Positions 41,137-60,215 of a stretch of DNA of 64,000 nucleotides are shown here, piece by piece. This DNA comes from the human T2T-CHM13v2.0 reference genome, Homo sapiens: NCBI RefSeq assembly GCF_009914755.1, contig NC_060928.1. One strand, 5' to 3'. The notes under the pieces were generated by a model. The model saw nothing but the letters and a program-made list of their open reading frames with translations, was not told where the DNA came from and did no database searches. Numbering within the stretch: position 1 is the stretch's first letter; every line of letters starts with the position of its first letter. A program made the translations under genes and the position numbers.

Positions 41137-41466
<330 letters not shown>

Positions 41467-42163
41467 CTAATGTGTATTTTGGGCTGGGAGCAATGGCTCA
41501 TGCCTGTAATCCCAACACTTTGGGAAGCTGAAGCGTGAGGATCGCCTGATGTCAGGAGGATCGCCTGATGGCAAGACCAACCTAGGCAAGATGGCAAGAC
41601 CCTGTCTCTACACACACACACACACACCCACACACACACACACCAACAAATAAAATGTTTCGATAACATATATTTTGTTCTTACTTTGGGGCAGGCACTG
41701 TTTTAAGTACTTACTCTGTATTGGCTCACTAATCTTCACAGTGTTAATATTTTAGTCATTTCCAGCCAGGCGTGAGATCAACCTAGCAGGTAGTAGATTC
41801 AAACCCACAAGTATATATGATTGGGAGCTCTGCCATTGACTTCTCTTTTTAGAGCAAAGTAGCTGTGTGAGTAAGTAGCTGTGCAGGTCTCTAGGATGAC
41901 TGACAGTCTAGAGAACATGTCCCATGGGGTAAGTACAGGTTACAACACTTTTTGTCCACACACATCTAAAAGGGGTGGGAAGGGATTCAAGGCATAAGGT
42001 AAATTTTTAGGTACTCTAAACATTTCATCATTTTGAGAATGTATCCTTAAAATCAGTTATCATCAGGAAAGACACATCAAAGGAGTTCACCACCACAGTT
42101 GTCTTGGAAACTTTCATCTGCGCCATGTTAATTTTTCCTACCTTACCTCTCTTCTAAATTATA

Positions 42164-42196
<33 letters not shown>

Positions 42197-42780
42197 TGAG
42201 ACGGAGTGTAGCTCTGTCACCCAGGCTGGAGTGCAGCTCTGTCACCCAGGCTGGAGTGCAGTGGCGCGATCTCGGCTCACTGCAAGCTCCGCTTCCCGGA
42301 TTCACGCCATTCTCCATTCTCCTTCCTCAGCCTCCAGAGTAGCTGGGACTACAGGCATCTGCCACCACCCCCGTCTAATTTTTTTGTATTTTTAGTAGAG
42401 ACAGGGTTTCGCCGTGTTAGCTAGGATGGTCTCCATCTCTGACCTCATGATCTGCCCGCCTCGGCCTCCCAAAGTGCTGGGATTACAGGCGTGAGCAACC
42501 GCGCCCGGCCCACAGTTCATTTTTGATAAGTGCTAGCTTATGAAAAGATTGTAAACAATGACAATGATTTAGTAATTATAAAAGTAGCACATGTATAATT
42601 TATGCAAGAGAAAAAGAGGATCAGAACAAATGTCCACCTCACTACAGCAGTCTCCCAGGCAGTACAATTTGGTCCCCACTACCTCTTCAGCTCAGCTGTG
42701 TCTCTTTCCCTCGATTGCTCTTCAATAGCCTTGAGGTCTCCTTCCCAGGTCTCTAATAGGCCACACAGGCTTCAGTCTGA

Positions 42781-44446
<1,666 letters not shown>

Positions 44447-44559
44447 TGTGCCATGAGAGTTTCTGCCTTAGGAATCTCCCTTAGAAAGGCTTGTTCTCTA
44501 GGAGCCAAAAAAAATTAGAAGCTGATGACTCCTCAATTCTCCTTCTTCTTCCTGAAAGC

Positions 44560-45725
<1,166 letters not shown>

Positions 45726-47846
45726 CTTTAGAGGTATCTAAAGACACTGCCTCCTCAAGATTACTCTTGCCTCCTTCCCTGCAGGCTCTGAAGAAGCTTC
45801 AAGAGCCACTGACCCCAACCAATTATTGATCATCCTGTCACCCTCTCCTCCTGTATTCAGCAGTCCGCCCCAGTTGAAGGTTGACTGTGGAGTACTTTAG
45901 GTAAGAAAAGAGCTCCAAGAGCAAGGTACTTTATTGTTTCTGTGGACAAGACGATAGTCCCAGTTTAAAAGGATGTTCAATCAAGCAGATTTTTTTCCTT
46001 CCTGACGTGAACAGTAGTTCAGGTTTTTCAAAAGATAAGAAAAGTTACTACTAAAGCTATATTTCACTAATAATGAAAATGATTTAGAAGACAAAACCAT
46101 CACAACTTTGCAACCCCAAATTTATTAATAGATTTAGGCAAATCACCGTGTTAACTAACATCATAAAAAGTGAGTAAAACAGACATTATAGTCCTCCTGA
46201 AGAAAGAACACAACACTGAGAAATAGTTTCACCAAAAAAAACTGAACTCAAATGTAAAGAAGCCTCTCTGTCAAATAACCTATTAGAAGATATGCAGGGA
46301 CAGAGAAAACTACTAAGGACCATCTCAGCAGTCAATTAGTAAAAGCCAGGCCGGGTGCAGTGGCTCATGCCTGTAATCCCAGCACTTTGGGAGGCCAAGG
46401 CGGGCGGATCACCTGAGGTCGGGAGTTCGAGACCAGCCTGACCAACATGGAGAAACCCCTTCTCTACTAAAACAAACAAACAAACAAAAAATATTAGCCA
46501 GGCGTGCTGGTGCATACCTGTAATCCCAGCTACTCAGGAGGCTGAGGCAGAAGAATTGCTTGAACCCAGAAGGTGGAGTTTGCAGTGAGCCGATTGCACT
46601 CCAGCCTGGGCAACAAGAATGAAACTCTGTCTCAAAAAAAAAAAAAAAGAGATCAATTAGTAAAATCCAAACTCTTGGCAACTACAGGAATATCCACCAT
46701 GTTTCTTCAACCAAGAAAAGCAAGAAAATAAAAACGTGCAGGAGAAACTTGGGGATCTATGTAGATTTAAAAGTCAAACTAATCAAATACAAAATAGTCA
46801 CCTAACTAGGTTCTAATTTCAAGCACATATTTTTATCAAATATTATAATTCAATTTGGAAAGGTAGATGTCTGATGATTATACAAAAATGATTGCTAATA
46901 GTGCCTCTCAATGTCTTTTAATGTAAGGATAAATACGAATATAGATTTTTTAATAGGAGTTTTATGTGGCACAAATTCAAGATATTCCAAAGATTTTTTT
47001 TGTTTCTCATGTTTCTGCTGACTGTAATGATATTCTGTTTACAGAGAGCACCTTTGACAAAATTAGAGGGACCACAAGTAAATTGGCGTGAAGCTCCTTC
47101 CAAGAAGTATAATTCTTCAATTCCCATATGATAAAAGAACTTCCTCATTGAAGATTTAAGAGTTAAAAAGTGAACTGCACATGTTTATGTGTACATACAT
47201 ATGTTAACATAATACCATAAGAAAAATTTTAATTTTCATTAAATAAAATATGTAATTTTTATAGGTAATATATACATATCATGTAAAATATTTACATATA
47301 ATATATACATATCATGCTACTATAATACAATAAAAATATTTATAATTATATGAAATTTTAAATATATATTAAAATATATGTGTTTCTAAAGTACATAAGT
47401 ATTGCTAAAAATTAAAATACATGAGTCAGCAAGGTTCTTTCCCATGTGGCTACCCCCAGCTTAGGTCCTGCTGAAGGCTCCATGCCTTTTACTGAGTCTC
47501 CCTCACCTGTACCCCTAAGGTGATTCTCACTGAGATATTCTGTTCCCAGCAGAGGCTCAGAGATGCCCTGTGTGCACTAGTCAGGGGTACACAGAGGACC
47601 ATGAGCTCCTTATGTCCTTGCAGAACAGATTCGTGGTCCTCCATCCAGAGCAGGAGCACAATACAATCCATCTTTTCTGTTTCTGTTTTGAGTCAGTCTC
47701 GCTCTGTCACTCAGGCTGGTCTTGAACTCCGGGCCTCAAGCAATCCTCTCCATTTGGTCTTCCAAAGTGCTGGGATTACAGGCGTGAGCCACCCGCCCAG
47801 CCTTTGGTTTAATTTTATGGTGGAATCTGGCCCCATTCAGCCTTAA

Positions 47847-48392
<546 letters not shown>

Positions 48393-48529
48393 TAAACAGA
48401 AAAGTGCGCCGGCCAGGCGCGATGGCTCACGCCTGTAATCCCAGCACTTTGGGAGGCCGAGACGGGTGGATCACGAGGTCAGGAGATCGAGACCATCCTG
48501 GCTAACAGAGTGAAACCCCGTCTCTACTA

Positions 48530-48730
<201 letters not shown>

Positions 48731-49339
48731 CTATGACTTCTTCTGCAAATATTAGCCTCTTTCAGTGTCTCATTTACCAAGTTATAAGACTTAAGAGGCT
48801 CCTCACAAGGACTAATCCTTCAGCCTTGAAGATTTTACCGTCAAGTTTGTCCAACAAACTCATACTCGTCCCTTAAAATCTACTTTAAATATCAATTCCT
48901 CAGACGAGACCTTGGTGAGTCTTAGTTGGTAGGGTGGGGCCTAATCTCCAGGGTGGTAACTACGCAGCCTCTCAACCAGAGACGCAAACTGATCCAAAGA
49001 GCTGATTATTCCTCTTGCATTTTAAAACTAACCACCCTGGCCGGGCGCGGTGGCTCACAGCGAGGCAGGCGGATCGCTTGAGCCCATGAGTTCGAGACCA
49101 GCCCGGGGAACGTGGCGAAACCCAGTCTCCACCAAAAAATACAACAATCAGCTGGGCGTGGTGGCGCGCGCCTGTGAAGTGGGAGGATCGTTTGAGCCCG
49201 GATGGTCGAGACTACAGTGAGCCGAGACCGCACCAGACCCTGTCTCAAAAAAAAAGAAAAAAAAAAAGTTGCTCATAGGAATGAAAAATCTGAAAAGATT
49301 GCCATTGTGATTTAAATGACCCACTGAAGCCATCAGGGA

Positions 49340-49600
49340 CCCCACCACGGAGGGAACCGCCCTAGGCTCTCCTCAGAATCTTCTCACGCTCCCTGCACCC
49401 TGCGGCATTGAGCATGCTCAGGCCTTTCCCGCCCACTTCCGGTGGAGCAGCCAACCACCGCGCGGGTCAATTGTATGCCTAAAACTCGAAAACCAAGGCG
49501 CCCAGGGTTGTGTGAGGGTTTCCGCTCTGCGCCCCGCGGGGTTCCATGGGTCCTGCACAGCATCAGGCCTGAGCCGCCGGTCCAGCTGCTCCAGGTAAGC
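49340..49600 (+). promoter_or_regulatory. TRIM60: Probable TRIM60 promoter / non-coding exon 1 with splice donor
   Basis: CpG-rich non-repeat patch with an ETS-like CACTTCCGG (~49434-49442). Strong donor ctgctccag|GTAAGC (GT at 49595). Assignment to TRIM60 is inferred from position and orientation. Confidence 0.65.
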
Positions 49601-49670
49601 TGGGAGGGCCGCAGGAAAGGCGCAGTAGGGCCTGGCGGGAGGCTTACTTAACTGGGCAGGGGCTTCCTGA

Positions 49671-50078
<408 letters not shown>

Positions 50079-53000
50079 TAAAGAAGATTCTGATCTGAAC
50101 ACCAGTTTGGGAAGTGGCCACGTGATCTCCAAAAATTATGGTGGGAGCGTTAAGGAAGGACCTCCCACCCTACAGCGCCAGCACTTCTCTGGCGGATTTT
50201 GTCTCCTTCCGTCCTCACAAGGATCTGGCTGTCAGGAAACTGCTACAGATGAGAAAGTTTAGGCTCACTTACGTTTCGTATCATCTAAAGTAATAGAGGT
50301 TGAATCTTGAGATCTGGGAATCTCCCACAGGTTTGATTTATATTCACTGAGCCCACACTATGAACCAGCACAAGAATCAGAGTAGGAGCCAGGCGCGGTG
50401 GCTCACACCTGTAACCCCATGAGGAGGCCGATGCGGGAGGATCGCTTGAACCCAGGAGTTCTAGCTCACGCTCGTGCCTGGGCAACATAGTGAGACCCCT
50501 GTCTCTACAAAAAAAAAAAAAAAAATCCGGGCATGGTGGGGCGTGCCTGTGGTCCCAGCTACTCGGGAGGCTGAGGTGCGAGGATCGCTTGAGCCTGGAG
50601 GCAGAGGTTGCAGTGAATGGAGATCGCGCCACTGCACTCCAGCCTTGGCGACAGAGTGAGATCCTGTCTCAAAAAGTAAAATAAATAAGGTAATAGAGGT
50701 TGAATTTTTCTTTTTTAATGTGACAAGATCTCAAGCAGTAGAGGTTGAATTTTGAGAGTAGGGAATCTACTGCAGGTTTGATTTATTAGCCTAATAATTA
50801 TTGAACACACGTTGTACACCAGCATAAGAATCAGAGTTGGTAATTCAGTTGTGAGGAAAATAAGGAAGAATTCAGACCGTGAACTGTACTCTCCAGTGTC
50901 CTTAACCAAAGGTTGACAAAAATAAATGTAAAAATCTCAACTGTAATCTGCAGTATGATAGATATGTGGAGTCAGGAAAAGAGTAAAGTCCAGATGTTGG
51001 TGAGTCTTGTAATACTTAAGAGTAAGAAAAGCCATTCCATTGGAAATCGGAAGGTTATAGGATTAGATCTGTGTTTGGAAACTATAGAGTTATGGAATTG
51101 ATTGACGGGATAGAGCATGTCAAAAATAAAGCCAGACACTGGGTAGTCATAAGGACAGATTTTAATCAGTACTGTACTATTGCAATAGGGAGAATTCAGC
51201 ATGAACAGAACTCAACTGTGATTTGTACAGAGGTGACCAAGTGCTTCAAAGGGGAACTGGGGAATGAAGGTAGTGAGTTGGCGCTCAGTAGAGTCAGGGA
51301 AGTGAAAAATTACAAAAAGTGGGAAAGGGGTGGTTGGGTCATGTGAAACACACCCAGGTTTGCTCACTGGCACTTAAGGAAGTCAGGCCCCAACTCTCCC
51401 ATAGATGCTGGGAGACAGGGGCCTTGTCTTCAGGTATCAGAAGATAGTTACTATAGTAGGCTAATGTTTATAGCTTGGACTGAGAAGAGTGGCTTATAAT
51501 GCTGTTCTTTAAACTTCATTGCCTGAGTCTGGAAGATGGGTTAGGGGAAGCTGGAGTGTGTGGGGAAGGACGAACCATTGAGTTCCAGGATCTATGCAGG
51601 AATGTTCCCTGCACCTTTTTATTTTAAATGAAATACACTTTTTTTTTTTTTTTAAGATGACTCTCACTCTGTCGCCCAGGATGGAGTGCAGTGGCGTGAT
51701 CTCGGCTCACTGCAACCTCCACCTCCTGGGTTCAAGCAATTCTCCTGCCCCAGCCTTTCTGAGGAGCTGGGATTACAGGCGCACGCCACTACACCTGGCT
51801 AATTTTTGTATTGTTAGTAGAGACGGGGTTTCACCATGTTAGTCAGGCTGGTCTCGAACTCCAGACCTCATGATCCACCCACCTCGGCCTCCCAAAGTGC
51901 TGGGATTACAGGCGTGAGCCACTGCGCCCGTCCATGAAATACCCTTTTTTACAGCAATGTGGTTCTTTCTTATAATTTAAAAAATTCCAGTCATATTTTG
52001 CAATGTATTGGCTGTACAGCTTTGTTCAGAATGCTTAAAACTTCCTTTTCAAATTTACTCAGCCCCAAAGCATCCATTAAACATGGTGTGTTAAAACAAG
52101 GATTAGGAGCTTTTGCAATGACATTGTTATTTATGAAAATGTTAAATTGGAAGGTGGGAAGAGTTAAAGGACACATTATTATTTTATTTTAATTCCTTAT
52201 GATTGAAAAATATTATAATTTTTAAGATGTAATAATACCTTACTGTCCCTTCAAAATTGGAATGTACATGACATTTTCTGCCCGACTACTGCTATGAACA
52301 GTTAACACCTTTTCTAATTAGGAGCAGTGAGAGATATAGTAGCTTTTAGACCAAAATAGTACTATACTATACATACTACGACAGTTAATGACATAAATGT
52401 AGGCAGTTTGGCTAGATTTCTAAATGCACTTTTCACTTGGAAATTTTATAAGATTTTGTAATAATACCTGTATTAGTATCCCCAAGACCACCCCTAGGTT
52501 TGGTGATTTGCTAAAATGACCACAGGAGTCAGCATAGTATTATTTGAGGTTATAACTTAATTTTTTTGAGGTATCTCTCTCTGTCACCCAGACTGGAGTA
52601 TAATGGCACAATCATGACTCACTGAAGCCTTGAACTCCTGGGCTCAAGGAATCCTCTCACCCCAGCCTTCTCAGTGCTGGCACTATAGGGACATGCCACC
52701 ATGCCTGGCTGATTTTCATAAAATTTTGTAGAAATGAGGTCTTGCTCTGTTGCCCAGACTGGTCTTGAGTGTCTGGCCTCAATTGATCTCTTGCCTCAGC
52801 CTCCCAAAGTGCTGGGATTACAGATGCGAACCACCGTGCCTGGCCAACAATTATGGTTTATTATAGTGAAAGGATACAAAGCAAAATCAGCAAAGGAAAA
52901 TGGTGTGTGGGATGAAGTCTGGATGAAACCAAGCGTAAGCTTCCAAAAGTCCGCTCTACGTGATGTCACACAGGACCTGCTTAGTTTCTCTGAAGACAAA

Positions 53001-53184
53001 GTGATAAATGAGTGAACTGTTACATACCAAAGATGCTCATTGAAGATTTGTCTTTCCGGAATTTTTATTGAGAAGAGATCATGCAGGCTCCTTCCTAGCT
53101 TATATCAAAATTCTAGTTTCTCAGAAGGAAAGCAGCTATTCATCATAAACCTCATTGTTTGTATAAACACTGTAGGTGTAGTAA

Positions 53185-53412
<228 letters not shown>

Positions 53413-54031
53413 TAGGCTGGTCTTGAACTCCTGACCTCAGGTGATCTGCCCGCCTTGGCCTCCCAAAGTACTGGGATTACAGGTGTGAGCCATGCACCCG
53501 ACCAATAGTGAGCCCTTCTTATAAGGGAATGGCAGGATCCATTTCCTCATAAGTTCCTTATAAATTCTGGAAATCAAAGTTGCCAGACAAGAGCCAAGTA
53601 GCAGCCTTGCAAGCAACCTTCTAAGGGTGGCAGTCTTAGGCCTGCTGTGCTCATTCTTCCGCACAATACCACTTGGTGAGCATCTGTTCTGGGTCAGGCA
53701 CTGTAACATCCTTACATTTTTTTTTCATTTAATGCTTTCAGCTTTCTGAAATAGAAACAAACTCAGAGAAATTAAGTTAGTTGATCAATGACATATAGAT
53801 GTAGGTAAGTGAATGTTGGAGTGAAACACCCATCTCATTAGAGACCGCTACCTAATAATTTGTGTGATATCTGTTTACATCATCTTACATGTTTGCTTGT
53901 TTTTTTAAGTTTAAAAAATCTTAATTTCCCCCTCATTAGATTATTTGATATAGTGACAAATTGTGGATGTCCATCCAGGTGGGTTAAACAGAACACTATA
54001 TGAAGCACTTTCATAAAGGTTTTCAAGGCTA

Positions 54032-54361
<330 letters not shown>

Positions 54362-54465
54362 TCAAAAAAAAAAAAAAAGAAAAAAGAAAAAAAAAGACTG
54401 GGCACAGTGGCTTACGCCTGTAATCCCAGTTCCCAGCACTTTGGGAGGCTGAGGTGGGTGGATCA

Positions 54466-54723
<258 letters not shown>

Positions 54724-54749
54724 TTAGTGATTTAGTATCACACCAGTAG

Positions 54750-54985
<236 letters not shown>

Positions 54986-56398
54986 TAGTAGAGATGGGGA
55001 TTCACCATGTTGGCCAGGATGGTCTCCGTCTCTTGATCTCGTGATCTGCCTGCCTTGGCCTCACAAATTGCTGAGATTACAGGCATGAGCCACCACCTCC
55101 TGGGCTCAAGCAATTTTCTTGCCTCAGCCTCCCAAAGTGCTGGGATTACAGGTGTGAGCCAATGTGCCTAGCTCCTGTTTCATTAAATCTAAGATGAATG
55201 ATTCTATTCATATTAGAATAATTCTGAAATGGGCTGAGTGCAGTGGAGCTCTCTTTTAATTTTGAACAGTTTCCCAACCTAAATTTTATCTTTTGTAACA
55301 TTGACATTATTCTCTATTTGTATTATTTTTGGATTTTATTCATTCATGTATCCACTTGTTCATGATTCACTTTCTTGAAGATCTTTACTGATTTTCTACT
55401 ACCTCCCTATGAATAAGGTAGACTAAGTACCTACTTCCAGTCTATCTCATTCACCAGCTAAGGCCAAAAGACAAATACCTGAAGAAAAGAATCTCAGATT
55501 ATGATTGAGTTCTATGAAAGTAAAGAGATGGGATAGTGAGAGACTAGAGGGTGGGGTGGGAGGCAGTCAGATTGATGAGCAGCAGATAGGATTTGTGAGG
55601 TGACCCGAAGGAAAAGAGAGGTGTTTATAAAGATCATGACCCCTTCACCAGTATATATTTAAGCATGTATTTCCTAAGAATGAGGACATTTTCTTTTGCA
55701 GCTATGGTGCAGTTAGGAAATTCAGGAAGCCTAACTTTGATGTATTACTAATATCTAATAAATAGTACATACTCCATTTTTTCAATTTGTCCTATACTAT
55801 CTACTTTATTGCAACTTTTTTTTCCCAGTCTAGAATTCAAGCTAAGAGAATGAATTACATTTTTTTTCCCCTCATATGTAAGGAAACAGGCTGGGCATAG
55901 TGGCTCACACCTATAATCCCAGCACTTTGGGAGGCCAAGGTGGGAGGATTGTTCAAAACCACCCTGGCCAACACAGACCCCCATCTCTACAAAATATTTT
56001 AAAAATTAGCTGGGCCTGGTGGCACAAGCCTGTGGTCGTGGTTACTCTGCAGGCTGAGGCTGCAAAGAACCATGGTCATACCACTGCACTCTAGCTTGGG
56101 TGACACAGAAAGACCCTGTCTCAAAAAAAAAAAAAAAAAAAGCCTGCTTTTTTTCCCAGCACTGTTGTCATTTGTGCTGTTGAGAACCATTTTCGTGTTG
56201 AATCTTGTATGATTTGGATTTCTTCATTGTTATATATACATACATACATTTTTATATATAGTTTTATATTATAGGCCAGGTGCGGTGGCTCACACCTGTA
56301 ATTCCAGCACTTTGGGGAGGCCAAGGAGGGCAGATCACATGAGGTCAGGAGTCTGAGGCCAGCATGAAACCCCGTCTCTACCAAAACTATGAAAATTA

Positions 56399-56539
<141 letters not shown>

Positions 56540-56998
56540 TCAAAAAATAATAGCAATTGTATGTTATATATAATAGAATTTTATATATAATACACAATTA
56601 CATATAGTAGAATTTTATTTATTTTATATATATATTCTGCAAAAGTTCTCTATAGATGGTAATGCTTTGCTCCCCATTGCAGGTCATCAGTTTGCCCCAT
56701 CATTGGTTAAGGTGGTATTCTCTACATTATAAAGGTACTTATTTTTCTCTTTGTAATTAAAATATAATCCTAGAGTAAAATTTTGAGAATGTGAATATCA
56801 TTCCCCCATAAAATTTTACCCAGTAGTTTTTACAGTTAGTGATGATTCTTGCCTGAACCAGTTATTATATTGTGATTCCAAATCCAGGAGATTTTGAAAT
56901 TAAAAATCTTTTCTCATCCACAGGGATGACCGCTGTATTATAACCTGTGGCTAGTTTATTGAAGAAGAAAATCATTACACTTAGATTCAGACGGGCTC

Positions 56999-57304
<306 letters not shown>

Positions 57305-57554
57305 AGATTCAGACGGGCTCATGTATAATAGAGCTGTAAGCTTTGAATTATTATATTATTATCCTCCAAGCTAAGGAGCAGTGGACTAAACAAGACTTCA
57401 GTGGGTGCCACCAGCATGCTAGGCTAGTGAAACCTAAACCTGATCAATCTACAAGGTCTGGGAGGGGTATCCACTTCTCACTGGGTTTGCGCTCTACGGA
57501 GGCAGGACTGATCAAAGGGAGGTTACCTTATGCATTACCTTTGTTCGCAGCTCG

Positions 57555-58970
57555 ATGGAGTTTGTGACAGCCCTGGTGAACCTCCAAGAGGAGTCTAGCT
57601 GTCCCATCTGTCTGGAGTACTTGAAAGACCCAGTGACCATCAACTGTGGGCACAACTTCTGTCGCTCCTGCCTCAGTGTATCCTGGAAGGATCTAGATGA
57701 TACCTTTCCCTGTCCTGTCTGCCGTTTTTGCTTTCCATACAAGAGCTTCAGGAGGAACCCCCAGCTCCGTAATTTGACTGAAATTGCTAAACAACTCCAG
57801 ATTAGGAGGAGCAAGAGAAAGAGGCAGAAAGAGAATGCCATGTGTGAAAAACACAACCAGTTTCTGACCCTCTTCTGTGTTAAAGATCTAGAGATCTTAT
57901 GTACACAGTGCAGTTTCTCCACTAAACACCAGAAGCACTACATTTGCCCTATTAAGAAAGCTGCCTCTTATCACAGAGAAATTCTAGAAGGTAGCCTTGA
58001 GCCCTTGAGGAATAATATAGAACGAGTTGAAAAAGTGATAATTCTGCAAGGCAGCAAATCAGTGGAGCTGAAAAAGAAGGTAGAATATAAGAGGGAAGAA
58101 ATAAATTCTGAGTTTGAGCAAATAAGATTGTTTTTACAGAATGAACAAGAGATGATTCTTAGGCAGATACAAGATGAAGAGATGAACATTTTAGCAAAAC
58201 TAAATGAAAACCTTGTAGAACTTTCAGATTATGTTTCCACATTAAAACATCTACTGAGGGAGGTAGAGGGCAAGTCTGTGCAGTCAAACCTGGAATTACT
58301 GACACAAGCTAAGAGTATGCACCACAAGTATCAAAACCTAAAATGCCCTGAACTCTTTTCATTTAGATTAACAAAATATGGTTTCAGTCTTCCTCCTCAA
58401 TATTCTGGCTTGGACAGAATTATCAAGCCATTTCAAGTAGATGTGATTCTAGATCTCAACACAGCACATCCTCAACTTCTTGTCTCTGAGGATAGAAAAG
58501 CTGTGCGATATGAAAGAAAAAAACGAAACATTTGTTATGACCCAAGGAGATTTTATGTCTGCCCTGCTGTCCTAGGCTCTCAGAGATTTAGTTCTGGCCG
58601 ACATTACTGGGAAGTAGAAGTGGGAAACAAACCTAAATGGATATTGGGTGTGTGTCAAGACTGTCTTCTTAGGAACTGGCAGGATCAGCCATCAGTTCTG
58701 GGCGGATTCTGGGCAATTGGGCGATACATGAAGAGTGGTTATGTTGCGTCAGGTCCTAAGACAACCCAGCTTCTGCCAGTAGTAAAACCCAGTAAAATTG
58801 GTATTTTTCTGGACTATGAATTGGGTGATCTTTCCTTTTATAATATGAATGATAGGTCTATTCTCTATACTTTTAACGATTGTTTCACAGAAGCCGTTTG
58901 GCCTTATTTCTATACTGGAACAGATTCCGAACCTCTTAAAATCTGCTCAGTATCAGATTCTGAAAGATAA
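57555..58970 (+). CDS. TRIM60: Tripartite motif-containing protein 60 (RING, B-box2, coiled coil, PRY/SPRY), 471 aa, single coding exon
   Basis: Uninterrupted 471-aa ORF MEFVTALVNLQEESSCPICLEYL...SDSER. C3HC4 RING, CEKHNQ...HQKH B-box, LDLNTAHPQL PRY and SSGRHYWEVEV SPRY motifs. Splice acceptor ttgttcgcAG (57549-57550) 4 nt before the ATG. Protein recognised as human TRIM60. Confidence 0.97.
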   Translation: MEFVTALVNLQEESSCPICLEYLKDPVTINCGHNFCRSCLSVSWKDLDDTFPCPVCRFCFPYKSFRRNPQLRNLTEIAKQLQIRRSKRKRQKENAMCEKHNQFLTLFCVKDLEILCTQCSFSTKHQKHYICPIKKAASYHREILEGSLEPLRNNIERVEKVIILQGSKSVELKKKVEYKREEINSEFEQIRLFLQNEQEMILRQIQDEEMNILAKLNENLVELSDYVSTLKHLLREVEGKSVQSNLELLTQAKSMHHKYQNLKCPELFSFRLTKYGFSLPPQYSGLDRIIKPFQVDVILDLNTAHPQLLVSEDRKAVRYERKKRNICYDPRRFYVCPAVLGSQRFSSGRHYWEVEVGNKPKWILGVCQDCLLRNWQDQPSVLGGFWAIGRYMKSGYVASGPKTTQLLPVVKPSKIGIFLDYELGDLSFYNMNDRSILYTFNDCFTEAVWPYFYTGTDSEPLKICSVSDSER

Positions 58971-59204
58971 GGAACTGGTAAATGGGTCTGTTTCAGTTTT
59001 TGTAGGTAACTTAGCCAGTAAATTTAATCTCATTTCTGGACTCTTTAAGTTTTACCACTGAAAACCAGAGTCGATTTTTCTCCTAAATTTTTGGCAACTA
59101 TAAGATGTTCATAATGCCACTTTCATATATTCTATGAATATCAATTGTCAGGTGCTTTGATTTCTAAGATAAAATATTTTAGAATTATGTTACTTAACAT
59201 GTCC

Positions 59205-59210
59205 AATAAA
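59205..59210 (+). terminator. Candidate TRIM60 polyadenylation signal
   Basis: AATAAA ~235 nt after the stop codon, followed by T-rich sequence. Confidence 0.6.
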
Positions 59211-59889
59211 ATGTTTTCAAATTGCCTATAATTTTTTTTTTTAGTTAAGCAAATTATTTAAAGTTGCATACATTATTTGAATATCATGCTTGCCACATAC
59301 CTTTCTTTTTAGTGGATTCTTCTGTTTACCTCCATATTTCTCATAATTTGTTTCTGTTCTTTCGTGTGTCTCAGTTGAAACAATTGACTTATTTTTATGG
59401 GTAATGAGGATTTCACTTTGTTTAAATCCTTTCCGCACATATACTTACCTATGCACAATCCATAAATAATCTCTAACAGCAATTTTTTTCTTTCTGTATA
59501 TCACCTGCCAATCTAGACCAACTACACTAGGCCAGTACACTTCCAGTCACTACCATTCTAGGAATTGACCTCTGCTCTTGGATTATTTCTTGGTTTAAGC
59601 CTCTGTTTTCCTCTTTATCTTTTCATTTTGGGGTGCCATCAACCCAAATGTTGCAGCGTTATAAAGTTTAGCAGACAACTAGTTTGCAAATGACTTTTCT
59701 CATATTTAGGTGACAGTTAAAGAGAATATTTGGAATCATTTTAATTTTTAAAACTTGATGGTTTTGACAAGTCTGATATCAGTCTGATTCTTGATGCTTG
59801 GATACCACTGTTTTTCATAATCAAAGGATTATGATCTTTTATAGCCCTAGTGTTTGAACTTTGTTTATTTTACTGAGTAATCAAAGCTT

Positions 59890-60215
59890 AGTTTAGTATC
59901 CCTTATCCAAAATGCTTGGAACCAGAAGTGTTTCAGCTTTCTGATTTTGGGGGGGATTTTGGAATATTTGCTTATGCACAATGAGATATCTTGGGGATGG
60001 GACCCAATTTGAAACAAAAAATTCATTTTATACACATAGCTTGCAGGTAATTATTTTAATAATATGCATGAAACAAAGTTTGTGTACATTGAACCCTCAG
60101 AAAGCAAAGGTGTCGGGTGTGGAATTTTCCACTTGGGTGTCATGGCAGCGCTCAATGTTTCAGATTATGGAGCATTTTGGATTTCATGTTTTTTGATTAG
60201 GGATGCTCAACGTCT
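59890..60215. mobile_element. Tigger4/MER46-type DNA transposon
   Basis: agtatcccttatccaaaatgcttgg ... ttagggatgctcaac terminal inverted repeat remnants. Confidence 0.65.

Noticed and set aside
47170-47420. Very AT-rich stretch with short palindromes
   Set aside because: Low-complexity AT sequence with no defined unit.
57512-58189. Antisense ORFs over TRIM60
   Set aside because: Shadow frames of the real CDS.
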